Positions 33,560-47,115 of a stretch of DNA of 64,000 nucleotides are shown in pieces. The notes below the pieces were generated by a model. It saw only the letters and a list, made by a program, of their open reading frames with translations, was not told the DNA's origin and searched no databases. A program made the position numbers and the translations under genes. Source of the stretch: Mustelus asterias (Eukaryota). Every line of letters starts with the position of its first letter. The stretch's first letter is position 1. The DNA lies in contig NW_027590163.1 of NCBI RefSeq assembly GCF_964213995.1, positions 1 through 64,000 of the forward strand, in the 5' to 3' direction.

Positions 33560-33850
33560 GGATGAGTAATGGCGGCCGCAGCTCCCACAATCGCCCACGA
33601 CGGAGAAACCACTCTATCCACCACGCGGGCGGGCCACATTGGGCTGCGCATGTCCAGAGGAGAGGGGAAGCTGCGCATGTGCAAAGAGAGCTCACCCCCT
33701 GACCTTCATGCTGAAGTGTTGACCAATGGAAAGAGTTGGAGGACCGGAAGGACTCTGGTCCTCCAGCAATCAGAGTGCGGGCGTTTTGTGAATGAACATG
33801 GAGATGCAGTCAGACAAAATCTTTCTGCTCTCTCTAATATCTGTGAGTAA
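33560..33850 (+). promoter_or_regulatory. CpG promoter / first exon of ZNF gene 6
   Basis: CTGCGCATGT twice, CCAAT at 33723, GGAGGACC..GGTCCTCC palindrome, donor GTGAGT near 33843. Confidence 0.65.
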
Positions 33851-34611
33851 AACACTTTTCTCCCTCTTTCAATTTATTTTCTCATTCTGGGGAAAATTGG
33901 GGACTTGCAGCAACTGAAGGGAAAGGAAGTGAATCCAGTCTGTACATTCCACACATTTTTACTCCAGTAATGTAGACATTTATCTATCTGGCAGCCTGCA
34001 TGGAGATTTTCAGCTCTCTGTGTCCAGGACAGGAAGCAGTGAGCATGGATCTGTCAATCAGCCTCAATCAGCACCTTCAGGAGAATTGGGAGGGTGAATA
34101 TTAGATACAGCGGAGTGAGAATGGAGGGAGAGTGTGTGGGATGGAGATTCACAGCTTTTGGGGAATGAGGGAGGAAAGAATGTTCCACAGAAAGTAGAAT
34201 TGTCTGTTCTGAATTTCTATCTTGTATTGACAGTGATGACTTCAATAAATTCCTTTTACAGAATATCAGAAGGTGAGGATTTACAGACAGTAATCTCAAA
34301 GCAAATGTCACATCAATATCTGACAGTTATTCAATTCATCATGTCCTGAACATCATCAGCCTTTGTATCTGGAAGGAGAAATATTTCTCTGTTCTTTTTG
34401 CTTCTGGAGATTTTAAACATCAGCGTGACTGAGAATTTATCAAGTCTCACGCACACACCCGAGTGAGAGTGTTCCAGTGCACTGACTGTGGAAAGAGCTT
34501 TAATCAGTGAAAAAAACATTGCGGCATTCACAGCAGGGAGAGACTGTACCCGTGTTCTGTGTGAGATTTAACTGATTGTTTAACCTGGAGAGTCACAAGG
34601 ACACCTGCACC

Positions 34612-35370
34612 ATGGAGAAACCATGGAAATGTGGGGACTGTGGGAAGGGATTCAGGTTCCCATCTGAGCTGGAAACTCATCGACGCATTCACACTGGGGA
34701 GCGGCCGTTCACCTGCTCTGTGTGTGGGAAGGGATTCTATGATTCATCCAACCTGCAAACACACCAACGAATTCACACGGGGAAGAGACCATTCACCTGT
34801 TCTGATTGTGGTACCGGATTTACTCAGTTATGTCATCTGCAGACACACCAGCAAATTCACACTGCGGAGAGACCGTTTACCTGTCCTGTGTGTGGGAAGG
34901 GATTCACTGACTTATCCAGCCTGCGGATACACCAGCGAGTACATTCCGGGGAGAGGCCGTTCAACTGTCCTGTGTGTGGGAAAGGATTCACTTGGTTATC
35001 CAGCATGCGCAGACACAGAGTCACTCACAGCAATGAGAGACCCTATAAATGCTCTGAATGTGGGAGCGACTTCAAAAGCTCTCAGGTTCTGATGTCCCAC
35101 CAGCGCATTCACACTGAGGAGAGACCGTTCAGTTGCTCTCACTGCTCAAAGAGATTTAGAATGTCATCCTATCTGCGGGTACACCAGCGAGTTCACACTG
35201 GGGAGAAACAATTCACTTGCTCTGCCTGTGGAAAAGGATTCACTCAGTTAACCAATCTGCAGAGACACCAGCGAGTTCATACTGGGGAGAGGCCATTCAC
35301 CTGCACCTTGTGTGAGAACGGGTTCACTCAGTCATCCCACCTGCAGACACACCAACGAGTTCACAAGTGA
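34612..35370 (+). CDS. C2H2 zinc-finger protein, 9 fingers
   Basis: ATG at 34612, [14 protein letters not shown]..; intact to TGA. Confidence 0.92.
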   Translation: MEKPWKCGDCGKGFRFPSELETHRRIHTGERPFTCSVCGKGFYDSSNLQTHQRIHTGKRPFTCSDCGTGFTQLCHLQTHQQIHTAERPFTCPVCGKGFTDLSSLRIHQRVHSGERPFNCPVCGKGFTWLSSMRRHRVTHSNERPYKCSECGSDFKSSQVLMSHQRIHTEERPFSCSHCSKRFRMSSYLRVHQRVHTGEKQFTCSACGKGFTQLTNLQRHQRVHTGERPFTCTLCENGFTQSSHLQTHQRVHK

Positions 35371-35904
35371 TCTCAGGGGTTGAATTCTGCTGTTATTGCT
35401 GCTGTTAATCACATCCGGGACTGGGCTCATTGGCAGGCTCTTTAACAGAAAGTGAGTCCCTCTAAGGTAATTGGCAAAAGAGCCAGAGGGGGAGATGAGA
35501 TTTTATTTTTGACACAGCGATGTTAGAAAATGGGGTTCAGGGAGTCAATTAACCCTTTCTCCCCTTTTCCCAAACTCTGAAATGATTCCCAGTGATAACC
35601 CTTATTGGTGACAGTGGTTAGATTTTATTCAGTATCAATAAGAGCTGACACAGGCTAATGTCTGAGCAGTCGTATCAAAGTGCAGCAGCATTACCATTAC
35701 ACTCTGGGTAGAAGCAGCATCTCCACGGAAATGCTCCCTGCTCTGCCCCAGATGCCATGGCACCAGTCAATGCAATATGTAAACCCTCGACAAATCTCTG
35801 TGCTCGGGGAATCCCTTCTTATACTTTTTTACATCACAAAGTCTATGGAGACTGATTTAACCCAATCATTGCCGAGCCAACATTTGAACGGACCAATTAC
35901 AAAA

Positions 35905-36320
35905 CCAAATGGTGCAAAGGGACAAGAGGGACATGAGTCCCTGGAAGGTGTTGAAGATAATTTTCTGCAGCAGTGTGTTTCTGCTCCAATGAGAGGGCAG
36001 GCACTGCTGGACCTGGTTCTGGGGAATGAGTTGGCCCAAGTGGATCAAATATCAGTGGGAGAGCATTGAGGGGAGAGTGACCATTGTATTATAAGGTTCA
36101 GGTTGGCCATGGAAAAGGACAAGGAACGATCCAGAACGGGGATCATTAATGGAGGGAAAGCCTCACCTTCGATAGGATGAGAATGGATCTGAGTCGAGTG
36201 AGTTGGAATCAAATGTTGGCAGAAAAGCCGCTGGCTGAACAATGGGCCACCTTTAAGGAAAATCTATTGTGGGCAATGTCAGGGTTTATTCCCTTAAAGG
36301 GGAAGGTTGGAGAACTAAAT
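35905..36320 (+). mobile_element. CR1 LINE ORF2 fragment (endonuclease/linker region)
   Basis: DNFLQQCVSAPMRGQALLDLVLGNE and MRMDLSRVSWNQMLAEK..EQWATFK. Confidence 0.75.
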
Positions 36321-36324
36321 CCAG

Positions 36325-37157
<833 letters not shown>

Positions 37158-37760
37158 ACATATAGAACAGTACAGCACAGAACAGGCCTTTCGGCCGACG
37201 ATGTGCCGAGCTTTATCCGAAACCAAGATCAAGCTATCCCACTCCCTATCATCCTGGTGTGCTCCATGTGCCTATCCAATAACCGCTTAAATGTTCCTAA
37301 AGTGTCTGACTCAACTATCACTGCAGGCAGTCCATTCCACACCCCAACCACTCTCTGCGTAAAGAACCTACCTCTGATATCCTTCCTGTATCTCCCACCA
37401 TGAACCCTATAGTTATGCCCCCTTGTAATAGCTCCATCCACCCGAGGAAATAGTCTTTGAACGTTCACTCTATCTATCCCCTTCATCATTTTATAAACCT
37501 CTATTAAGTCTCCCCTCAGCCTCCTCCGCTCCAGAGAGAACAGCCCTAGCTCCCTCAACCTTTCCTCATGAGACCTACCCTCCAAACCAGGCAGCATCCT
37601 GGTAAATTTCCTCTGCACTCTTTCCAGCGTTTCCACATCCTTCTTATAGTGAGGTGACCAGAACTGCACACAATATTCCAAATGTGGTCTCACCAAGGTC
37701 CTGTACAGTTGCAGCATAACCCCACGGCTCTTAAACTCCAACCCCTGTTAATAAAAGCTA
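37158..37760 (-). mobile_element. CR1 LINE 3' end (young, open frame)
   Basis: EFKSRGVMLQLYRTLVRPHLEYCVQFWSPHYKKD..FFTQRVVGVWNGLP, plus 3' UTR tail. Confidence 0.92.
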
Positions 37761-39146
37761 ATGTGTGGATGGGAGTCACTTGGTCATCGGAGCTGCTGGG
37801 ACACTCGGGCAGTCACACTGATTGGAGCCTTTCTTGATGCTCTGACTGTGGGTGTTAATTGTATCGATTAAGGTGAACTACATGGAGGTTATTGATTGGA
37901 TCTATAAAGGGACAGTTAGTGACGGTGCCTGGAGTTAGGAGGTATACACCTGTAATGTTTAACTCTGTGAATAAATCTACACCAAATAAAGATTGACTCC
38001 ATCCTAAGGCTGTCAGGATTATCACATTCATTGCAGCGCAGGTATCTTTCCTCAACTCCAGTAGATGTTCCGACAGTTTCAGGATCCACTTCCTGTTGGA
38101 AAGCAGCATCTCAGTAAGTTTCCCTTTGGATCATCGGTTATCCTCACCTGCTCTGTTGTGGGGTAATTTGAGATGGCCAATTATGTTTTAATTTAATGTA
38201 AAACTCATGAGGCAGGTATCTCTATGTCGTTAAAAAGGGCGGCATGGACATGTTGGGCCGAAGGGCCTGTTTGCATGCTTATACCTCTGCGACTCTATGA
38301 CTCTATCTCACCTTCCTGATTCTCCCAGATACTGATTACAGATGAGTCAGCCTCCGATTTAAATGGATGAAGGAGATATCATTATGCTGTGTTGTAAAAT
38401 GCGATTGGCTGAGCAACTTGTCAGGAATTATTATTGATGTATGTTTACTGAACGTAATTGATTCTTAAACTAATATGAGGTCGGAACGATCGGTACGAAA
38501 ATCTATAATTGATCTGTTATTGATGGTACACGTTAGATGCATCGGAAAGATCCTGCCGCTCGGTTCCAGAGCTATTTCGCCCTTTTGGTCATCTCCAAGC
38601 AGCTGATAGTTCTGTTTTTGTTTTAAATAAATGTTCCGTCCTTACACAGAGATATCTGCCACGTGAGTTTTATATTGTCTGTAGTTAAATACAGTATTGG
38701 TCATCTCAAATTATCCCATCGCACTCGCCTTAATTTGGAAATTTGTAATCTATTATCTGCTTATGTGAAATGCACCCCAGTCTCTTGGTTTCACCTCATG
38801 GTTTGCACCTCTGCTCTGTATGTGTTCTCTATCTAGCTTGTGGCATGTCTGCCTTGTAAGTATTTCATCGGACGAAATATAGAGAGATTCACACTGTTAA
38901 CCCACGCTGCAGCGACACTGATAGTTTTTTTAAGGGGCAGTGTAAAGGAAACTATCTTCTGCCACACACTGTCCTGCATCGGCCTCTGATGAAACAGAGC
39001 CTTTGCTTTTTAGAATTACCTGAAACTCGGTCAGTGACAGACCAGTTTATGAGTGAAATCACCGAGGTTCTTCTCATTCTTCACTCGCTCTGTCTCTGGA
39101 TTTTATCATAAAAAGGCAGAGATGAAGGTGTCTTTATACGGATTGG

Positions 39147-39160
39147 CCACTGGGTGGCGC
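39147..39160 (+). promoter_or_regulatory. CTCF-like motif just 3' of IgM
   Basis: CCACTGGGTGGCGC, one mismatch to the core; ~170 bp past the membrane-form AATAAA (39336-39331). Confidence 0.45.
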
Positions 39161-39786
39161 AGTGACTCTCACTGAACGGCCTTGAGTTCAAACACATCCC
39201 GCACAGGACTGGGGAACAGACATGTCTGGGAAAGAGGGGAAACCGTATAATATGGAATATGGGGCGGAGTTGATGGTCTTTGGAAAACGGAATTAAGCCA
39301 AGCCAGAGATGGTTAAATTTTCATTCAATATTTATTTTAAAAATTCAGAGAATATATTACAGCGACATTATTTTTTAAAGTTAGAAAAGTGAATTTAACG
39401 ATCGAGCTTCACATTGAGAACACAACACATGCACAGGGAATCCGTCAATATTTGTACATCTGTTACATACACCAGAAAGAGAAAACAGGACCTTAATAGA
39501 AAGAGGAATTAACAAATATGGATAAGGAATGAGAAAAGTTTCTTATTTATACATGATATTTAAACTATGGGGAAACTATTAACCACAATTACATTATAAC
39601 AAAAAATGCCTCGTACTTTTCACTCTGAAAACTGAAATACCGTCTATGATTGTCTCAGTTACAGATTCAGAATGATAAACTGAGAGAATTTTACTGATAG
39701 TCACCAAGAGCAGATATTGTATTTGTGTCATACAGAGATCATAATAATCAGCTGAGGGAAATCTGCAGCATCCAAAATTCAACCCA

Positions 39787-39795
39787 TCACTTGAT
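39787..39795 (-). CDS. IGHM: IgM TM2 exon (IK*)
   Basis: Acceptor TTTCTTTTACAG then ATC AAG TGA. Confidence 0.85.
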   Translation of the reverse strand: MK

Positions 39796-39935
39796 CTGTA
39801 AAAGAAAGATACAATAATGAAGCAGATGTTGATGATGCGGGACATTAAAGTTAGAGTTTTTAATCAGTGGAACATTGAGAGATTTTTCAAATCCATTCTG
39901 TCAGTTTGATATGTGAGTGCATTCAATCATCTCAC

Positions 39936-40063
39936 CTTCACCAGAGTGACCGCAGTGCTGTAGAAAATGCTCAGGAAGAACAGGACAATGAATGTGGAAG
40001 CCGTTGTCCAGATGTTACTGTTATCATCCTCATTGTCTTCAATCCAGATGCGGTCGGTGGAGT
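39936..40063 (-). CDS. IGHM: IgM TM1 exon
   Basis: DSTDRIWIEDNEDDNSNIWTTASTFIVLFFLSIFYSTAVTLVK (CART motif); acceptor CCCCTAG, donor GTGAG. Confidence 0.95.
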
Positions 40064-40934
40064 CTAGGGGACGGAGACCAGGATATGAAATTAGATTACT
40101 TTGTTTATCCAGGTAATCTTATTGTTATTTTTCTTTTCCCCGTTCTCCTTTTTAAACTGTTCATTTATTCTTGAACCTAATTTTCAATGTATACCTACTC
40201 TTAAGCTCAGGACACTCAGTAACCGATCTCCGTAACTATTTTCACACCTGATCTTTATTGACATTCCTTGGACAGTCCATGTCAGAAAGCACTGAAGGTG
40301 TTTTCTTGAAAATCAGTTGATTTTTTGACAATTCGGAACTATCCCTTATTGAAGAATATTATCACTGATATCGAGGAACGTTCACTGATCAATGATTGTT
40401 TTCACAGATGGTTACTGATCTGTAAACTGTGAATGCTGTTGTTTAAGAGTTGGGATGTAATTTCCGATCTGTGCTTCTTTATGGTGGAAATATTTAGTAG
40501 ATCGTGAGCTTAATTCAGTTTCTCAACGTGTTTATCTGTTCATTGTACATTGGGATAATAAATCTGTGGATATCTCCATTAAAAAATCACGTTTAAATTG
40601 TACTTTCATCATTTGCCTACCGTTTGTATTGAAGATTTTGCATTTGTGTGCGTGTGCATGAGCATCTCGTGCTCTGCATTAATCTTTGGCTCTGAGTTAA
40701 TATGTGATTATGAGTGTTAATGTGCGCGTTCATTTGCCTGTGATTGTTGATTTGTGTAGTTGTGTGTCTGCATCTGTGCGCATATTTTATTCTTTTGTCA
40801 TTGTGTATATATGACTCTATTATTGTGTGAAGTCTATGAATATATATTAATGCCATTCTTAATGCGTGCACATGTGTTTATGCCTATTGCTCTGTGTTAA
40901 TTTCTGTCACTCTAGTAATGTTTGTTTCCCTTTC

Positions 40935-41063
40935 TGTGGAGTTGCCGGCGTTGGACTGGGGTCGGCACAGTAAGTAGTCTCACAACACCAGGTTAAAGTC
41001 CAACAGGTTTATTTGGTTGCACGAGCTTTCGGAGCGTTGCCCCATCATCAGGTGACTACTTAC
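40935..41063 (-). mobile_element. Penelope pLTR fragment with TSD and short fold-back
   Basis: Flanked by TGTTTCCCTTTC on both sides; 41054-41065 is the reverse complement of 40968-40979. Confidence 0.85.
41020..41054 (-). ncRNA. Minimal hammerhead ribozyme motif
   Basis: cac-CTGATGA-t-GGGGC aac GCTCC-GAAA-GCTC-gtg. Confidence 0.75.
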
Positions 41064-41074
41064 TGTTTCCCTTT

Positions 41075-42610
41075 CTGTGTGCGTCTGTTTCTCCATGTGT
41101 CTGTGTGCACGCCTGTTAACATGTCAGTGTATGTATACACGTGTTGACATTCTTTATAACGGTGCGTTGATGTATATTTGTGTTTCGATGTGTAGTAATG
41201 TGTGCTATGGTGTTCTGTTCTATGAGCATGTTAATGTTTGCGTCTACATGTTTGTGTGTAAATGTTTTGCTGTCTGTTCTTCTGTATGCAGTCTGGTGAT
41301 TTGTTTATATGTATTTCCATATATGTTTGTGAATGTGTATAACATTGTGTGTCTTTATATCTATATTCCTATCAGCGTGAACGTGTGCTAATATATGTAT
41401 TTATTTGAGTCTAAGTATGTGCTTGTGTATTTATGTGGGTCTGCATGCGTGTGTATCTGTCTGTATTGTGTCTATGCATGTATGTGTTTGTGTTTGGGTC
41501 TGTACCTACTCACGTATGTGTATGTGTATGTACTTGTGTGTTTCATGTGTACATGTGTGCGTTTGTACATATTTGATTATGTGTGTGTATGTTGTTGTTT
41601 TAGTGTCTGTTTGTACAAGAGCGCGTGTCTATGTGTTCGTATGTGAGTTTAGAAGGATGAGGGGTGATCTTATAGAGACATATAAGATAATGAAGGGGCT
41701 GGATAGGGTAGAGGTGGCGAGATTCTTTCCACTTAGAAGGGAAACCAGAACTAGAGGGCACAGCCTCAAAATAAGGGGGGGTCGGTTCAGAACAGAGTTG
41801 AGGGGGAACTTCTTCTCTCAGAGGGTAGTGAATCTCTGGAATTCTCTGCCCATTGAAGTGGTGGAGGCTTCCTCGTTGAATATGCTTAAATCACGGGTAG
41901 ATAGTTTTCTGATCGATAAGGGAATTAGGGGATATGGGGAGCAGGCGGGTAAGTGGAACTGATTCGCTTCAGATCAGCCATGATCTTGTTGAATGGCGGG
42001 GCAGGCTCGAAGGGCCAGATGACCTACTCCTGCTCCTATTTCTTATGTTCTTATGTTCTTATGTGTGTGTGTGTGTGTGTGTGTGCGTGTGTATGTGTGT
42101 GTGTGTGAGAGAGAAAGAGAGAGAGAGAATGGGTGTGTCCCTATGTATATTTGTGTACGGATGTGTTTGTGTCTGGGTGTATTTTTGTGTGGGTGTATTT
42201 GTGTAAGTGTGTATTTTTGTTTGTGCATGTTTTGCCCATGAGTGCATTTGTGTGTGCATTCTTGTTTCTCTGCATGTGTGTTCGTCTGTGCAAGTATTGA
42301 GTGTACCTATGGTGTGTGAAAGTGTATCTGTTGTGTACTTGTGTGTTTCTGTGTCTGTATTTGAATGTGCCTGTCCCTATTTCTGTATATGTATGTGTGT
42401 GGGGGTATATGCATGCGTTTGTGTGTGTATATTTACATGTGTCTTTCTGTATTTGTGTGCATATGTGTGAGTATGTGTATTTGTGTGTGTAGTTGTGCAT
42501 TTGTGTCGATGTGTGTGTGTGTATGTGTGTGAGTGTGAGTGTGTGTGTGTGCGCTTATGTGTGTATTTATAATTGTGACAGTTTTGTGGAGTATTGTCAG
42601 TGTGTGTATT
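41075..42610. repeat. Degenerate (TG)n low-complexity tract in the CH4-TM1 intron
   Basis: TG/TA-rich simple sequence, interrupted by a CR1. Confidence 0.85.
41645..42060 (+). mobile_element. CR1 LINE 3' end
   Basis: EFRRMRGDLIETYKIMKGLDRV..FFSQRVVNLWNSLP, plus (TTCTTATG)n tail. Confidence 0.9.
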
Positions 42611-43712
42611 TTTTAGCTGTTGCTCCAAGTTTCACCGCAATCATTAACTGAAAGTGATCCAAACAATACGAATAATGGAGCATATTTTCAATGTTTTGCT
42701 GTATGAATGTAGTTTATGTGAGTGGCACGGAGATATCAGGAGAACGAATGAAATCATTCATTGATGCATCTCAGAAACATCAGGGACAGAACAGTAAAAA
42801 CCGGGGAGGATTCAACCATTTGTTTCAATTTGCATTATGGGAAATCAATGCCAGGACATGATTAACAGGAACAAGAGTGCAGAAACATTTTAAAATTATG
42901 TTGCATAAGTATATATGCATCACATTGATTAGGATAATGATACTTCAAACTCTGCAGCAAATAAGCCAGAAGCTAATTTGTACTGTTGGCAACTGGGTTC
43001 TTCTAGTAGAGAGCTGGTCCCTTCCAAACACGTTACTTGCGAAGAGGGAGGAGAGTGAGCTCATAATTTCCCTCTCTCTACCCGGTGAAGCAATGTGCCT
43101 GATGGTTCTAACCACTGACGAGGTGGAGGTGAGTGGATTAAATAATGACATTCCTCCTCTTTTCATTGAGGAAGTGGTGGTACATGGGTTAGCTACTGCT
43201 CCTCCCCTCTCTTTGTTGGGTGAGTAGGAATCCGGTATGTTCACAATTTCACTCTCCCCTCTCTCTGATGGGGGGGATTGTTGCTCCATGTTTCTGTGTG
43301 ACCCTCACTTCAGTTCCCAGTGGGTGTGGTGCAGCAGCTTAACGCTGACATCAATGGTAAAGGCATGGACAATGAGAGAAGCAGGAACACCGAGATCTAA
43401 ATTGTGTTTGTTTGTCAGAAATGTTGAAATTGTCAGATTTCTCCTCAGTGGGAGGAAAGTCGGTGAAGATATTTTGCAGAATCCTGTAATGAATGTGCTC
43501 TACTCTGTCTCTAACCCAGGGTGTATCTGAGCTGGGTGCACTGGTTCAACAAGGCTTGGGCCCGAGACGTGAAAATACCTGACTCAAACCAAAGATACAT
43601 AGTGGAAGTAAAATTGAAAACCAATCAATTAAGCAATTGGGTATTTCATTTATCGTTGGAGGAAAAAGATTTTATTCTTTTTATTGAAGTTTTTAATGTA
43701 ACCGAGTGATTC

Positions 43713-44104
43713 TCATTGACATGAATTAACGGTGTCCATCAGTGCAAGGGAAATGTTCACAAAACTGGGTTTACCGCTGGATTTGTCAACTGTTCTGTTG
43801 ATGATCTTCAAGGGGATGGCTTCATGTCCCACCACACAGGAGTAAGAAGCGCCGCTGGACCATTCCTCTGCTGCAATAGATAACAGGCTGTACATGAAGA
43901 AGGAGCTATTCCCGCTCTCCGCGACCACCTCGGTGTTCCTGTAGTTCCCAGGATTCACCGGCTTGTCGTTGACGGTCCACTTGACGAAGATCTCTCGAGG
44001 GGAGAAACGTCTCACTAAGCAGCTGAGGGAGACGAATCTCTGAGCGGAGACTTCTTCTGCCGAGGGCAAGAGGACAGAGACGAACGGTTCCCGCGGATTT
44101 GGAT
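43713..44104 (-). CDS. IGHM: IgM CH4 exon plus secretory tail
   Basis: [74 protein letters not shown]. Internal donor G/GTAAA after 43775 for the membrane form; AATAAA at 43685-43680 and 43676-43671. Confidence 0.97.
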
Positions 44105-44600
44105 CTGCAGAAAATGTACAATAAATGTCAATAAACTGGAGAATTCTGGAGACAATGAAACTGCTGGCTAGGTATCAGAAAAATGTGCTTCGCTTTCGAT
44201 TTTAAATATTTCTATTTTTGACTTCCAGCTTGGAGGAGAGGTGAACGCAATTGTTTTCTCAAATAACTCAGCGGGTTGGACTGGAAAGTTTCAGAAAGTT
44301 TACAGCACTGAATCAGGCTCTTCGGCCCAACTGATCTGCTTTTTTTATTGGTTTTCATGCTCCACATCAGTCTCCTCCCTCCTTATTCGATCTAAACCCA
44401 ATAACATCGCCTTCAGTTCACTTTTCATTCATCAACACATCAAATTTCCCCGTAAAAATATATGCAGGACCAGAGTCTTTAGTTAGTAGAGTTTCCACTC
44501 AGGGGACACCATTAATGCACTGAATACTGAATATTGACCAGTACACTGACACTGGAAGTAGACACAGTGACGCATTTATTGCTTCAATCTCTCAGCTCAC

Positions 44601-44909
44601 CTGTTTCCTTGTGGATGGATTTTCTTAAAGGAGTCGGCAGATCCTGATGGCTCACCACGCAGTCAAACACAGCCGCACTCAGCCAGGCTTGTGTCGAGAT
44701 GTTTAAGTTGCTGACCACGCTGTCAGGATTCGCTCCTGGCTTTTCTGCAATCTCTGATTTCAAATACTTCCTGTCTCGGATCCAGGACACATTGACTCCA
44801 TAAGGAGCATTAGAAATGATGCAGGTTAAGGTCACGGTCGCCTCCAGTAAGACCTGTTCTATTGGTGGTGGCTGTATCGTCACTGTGGTATCAGGGCACT
44901 GGGGAGGAT
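44601..44909 (-). CDS. IGHM: IgM CH3 exon
   Basis: [52 protein letters not shown]; 309 nt, phase 1, AG/GT intact. Confidence 0.97.
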
Positions 44910-45356
44910 CTGTGAATGACAAATGAAAATCAACCCTAGTTCCCTCTTCAGAAGCAGGACAGCAGTCTTCAGCCTGAAGGAGACGAAGTTGCCTTCGATA
45001 TATCAACCTCTAACTATCACCTTTCAACCTCTATGGAGGATGGAAAACCAGCCTGCTCTGTGAAATTATTCTCTTTTTGTTCAAGTATTTTAGCAGCGGT
45101 ATCATTCTCATGAATCAACATTGCAGTATTCCCCAACAAATATACCATTCCTGAACTCAGGAACCAAGTACTGGCAGTTAGTTTATAAGTCGGGTGGATG
45201 CACTTCCCAATATTTTACCCCTATGCTGTGACCTGTGAAACAGTCCGACACCGACTGTCTCTCCAAATCTTACCGGCTGTCTCAGGAAAAAGCTGACATC
45301 AAGACCACCTCGCTTACTCTGTTACTTCAAAATGGAAGGGAACACTATTTCAAGGG

Positions 45357-45665
45357 GAGGCAGTGGCATGGTGGTGTTGCCAATGGTCTTGTAACCCAGG
45401 GCACGACTCTGGGGACACAGATTCGAATCTCACCACTGCAGATGGTGAAATTTGAATTTAGTAAAAATCTATCATTAAAAGTCAAATGATCATCATGAAG
45501 CCATTGTTGTAAAAACCCACCTGGTTCACGAATGCCCTTTAGAAAAGTAAATCTGCTGTCTTTATCTGGCCTGGCATGCATGTGACTCCAGATCCACAGC
45601 AATGTGGTTGACACTTAAGTGCCCTCAGGGATGGGAAATAAATGCATATCTCATGAAGGAATAAC
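45357..45665 (+). mobile_element. DeuSINE (SacSINE1-like)
   Basis: Paralog of 27849-28190. Confidence 0.7.
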
Positions 45666-45829
45666 AAAAATTGCCGTTGTGATGAAATTCTGAATGGGGC
45701 ACTGTCCTAATGCAGCAAAACACATGACAGTAAATTAGAAGTTGTTCTATCTTTGTACTAACTTTAATAGATCCCTAATTTCGATTAACATCGAAATTAT
45801 ATATTTTATCGTCGGTTTGAGTCTCTTAC

Positions 45830-46141
45830 CCAGAGATCCGCTGATGTTCTGAATCTGGGTGAATTCGTGATGAGTGACCTGGCAGGTATAGACCACTTTA
45901 CTGAACCATTCCTGAGCGGAGACTGTCAGCCGACTGCTGGCCGAGAAGTTCCCATTCACTTCACAGGCGGGAGAGGTGACAATTCCTGAATCCATGAGTT
46001 GTCCATTCTTCAGCCACTTCACCGTCATTGACTTTGGCTGGAAATCGATGATTGAACAGACGATGGTTGCAAATTTTCTGGTGGTGATTTCTTCACTGGA
46101 ACTCACGGTGAGGATAACGGTTGGGGGGAGAACGCGTGGGC
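45830..46141 (-). CDS. IGHM: IgM CH2 exon
   Basis: [54 protein letters not shown]; 312 nt, phase 1. Confidence 0.97.
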
Positions 46142-46229
46142 CTTCAACAAACAAATGTTCAGACGTTACTTGAAGATTCAATTGACATCAATTAAAATTA
46201 ATTCTTTTATTTGAGCACCATAGCTGCCG

Positions 46230-46960
46230 ATTTGAGAATTATATCCATGGTTTGGTTGAATTGGCAGGGAAATGGCGAATGGAATTCAACCGTCAAAAGT
46301 GCCACACAATGCATTTGGGGAGGGAAAACAACGCAAGGCAATAAACTGGAATGTTAAGAGGGATTGAGGAAATGCAAGACTTTAGAGTGCATGTCCACAG
46401 GTCCTTGTAGATGGTAGGGCAGCTGGAAAAGTTGATCAAGAAAGCATATCGGATTAGTTCCTCTATTATGTGAGGGATTGAATACAAAAACAGTGGTGTA
46501 ATGATGGAGCTGTATAAAACGCTAGTTAGGCCACGTTTGGAGTTTGCTGTACAGTTCTGGTCACCACGTTGCAGGAATGATGTAATGACTCTGAAGAGAG
46601 ATGAGGCTGACAAGAATGTTGCCAGGGCCTGAAAATTGCAGCCATGAGGCGTGATTGGATAGGCAGGGGTTTTTCTCCTTAGAAAAAGAGGAGGCTGAGG
46701 CGTGACGTAATTGTGGTTCACAAAATTATAAGGGATGTTGGCAGAAATAATTCATTCCCCAAGTCGAGGGCTCAATTACCAGGGAGCATGGTCATTTAAA
46801 AGGTCATTACGTCTGCATCTCAGGTGCTTTAACCTGCACGGCTACGGCGCAAGGGCTGGAAAATGGGCTCCAAATGTCAGGCTAGTTTATTTGTTCTCCC
46901 TTTTGGCCAGCACAGACAGGATGGGCCAAATGGCCTCATTCTGCTCAGTAACAGTCCTGT
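46230..46960 (+). mobile_element. Old CR1 LINE fragment
   Basis: Decayed WQMEFN..KC..MHLG and LYKTLVRP.LEFAVQFWSP motifs. Confidence 0.8.
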
Positions 46961-47115
46961 TGTTCTTTGGTTCTGAACAACGTTTCAGTCAGGAGACACT
47001 TACCTGGAGTTTGCATAATTCAATTTCTTTCAGAATGCGACAGATCAGTTATAACTAAGGCCTTATACAGTTCAATCGGCGCGTTCCTGTCTTGCCCAAG
47101 TTCCACAACACTTAC

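Noticed and set aside
42945-43289. 114-aa ORF between CH4 and TM1 as an extra IgM exon
   Set aside because: No Ig or TM motif, and CH4 splices in frame to TM1 without it.
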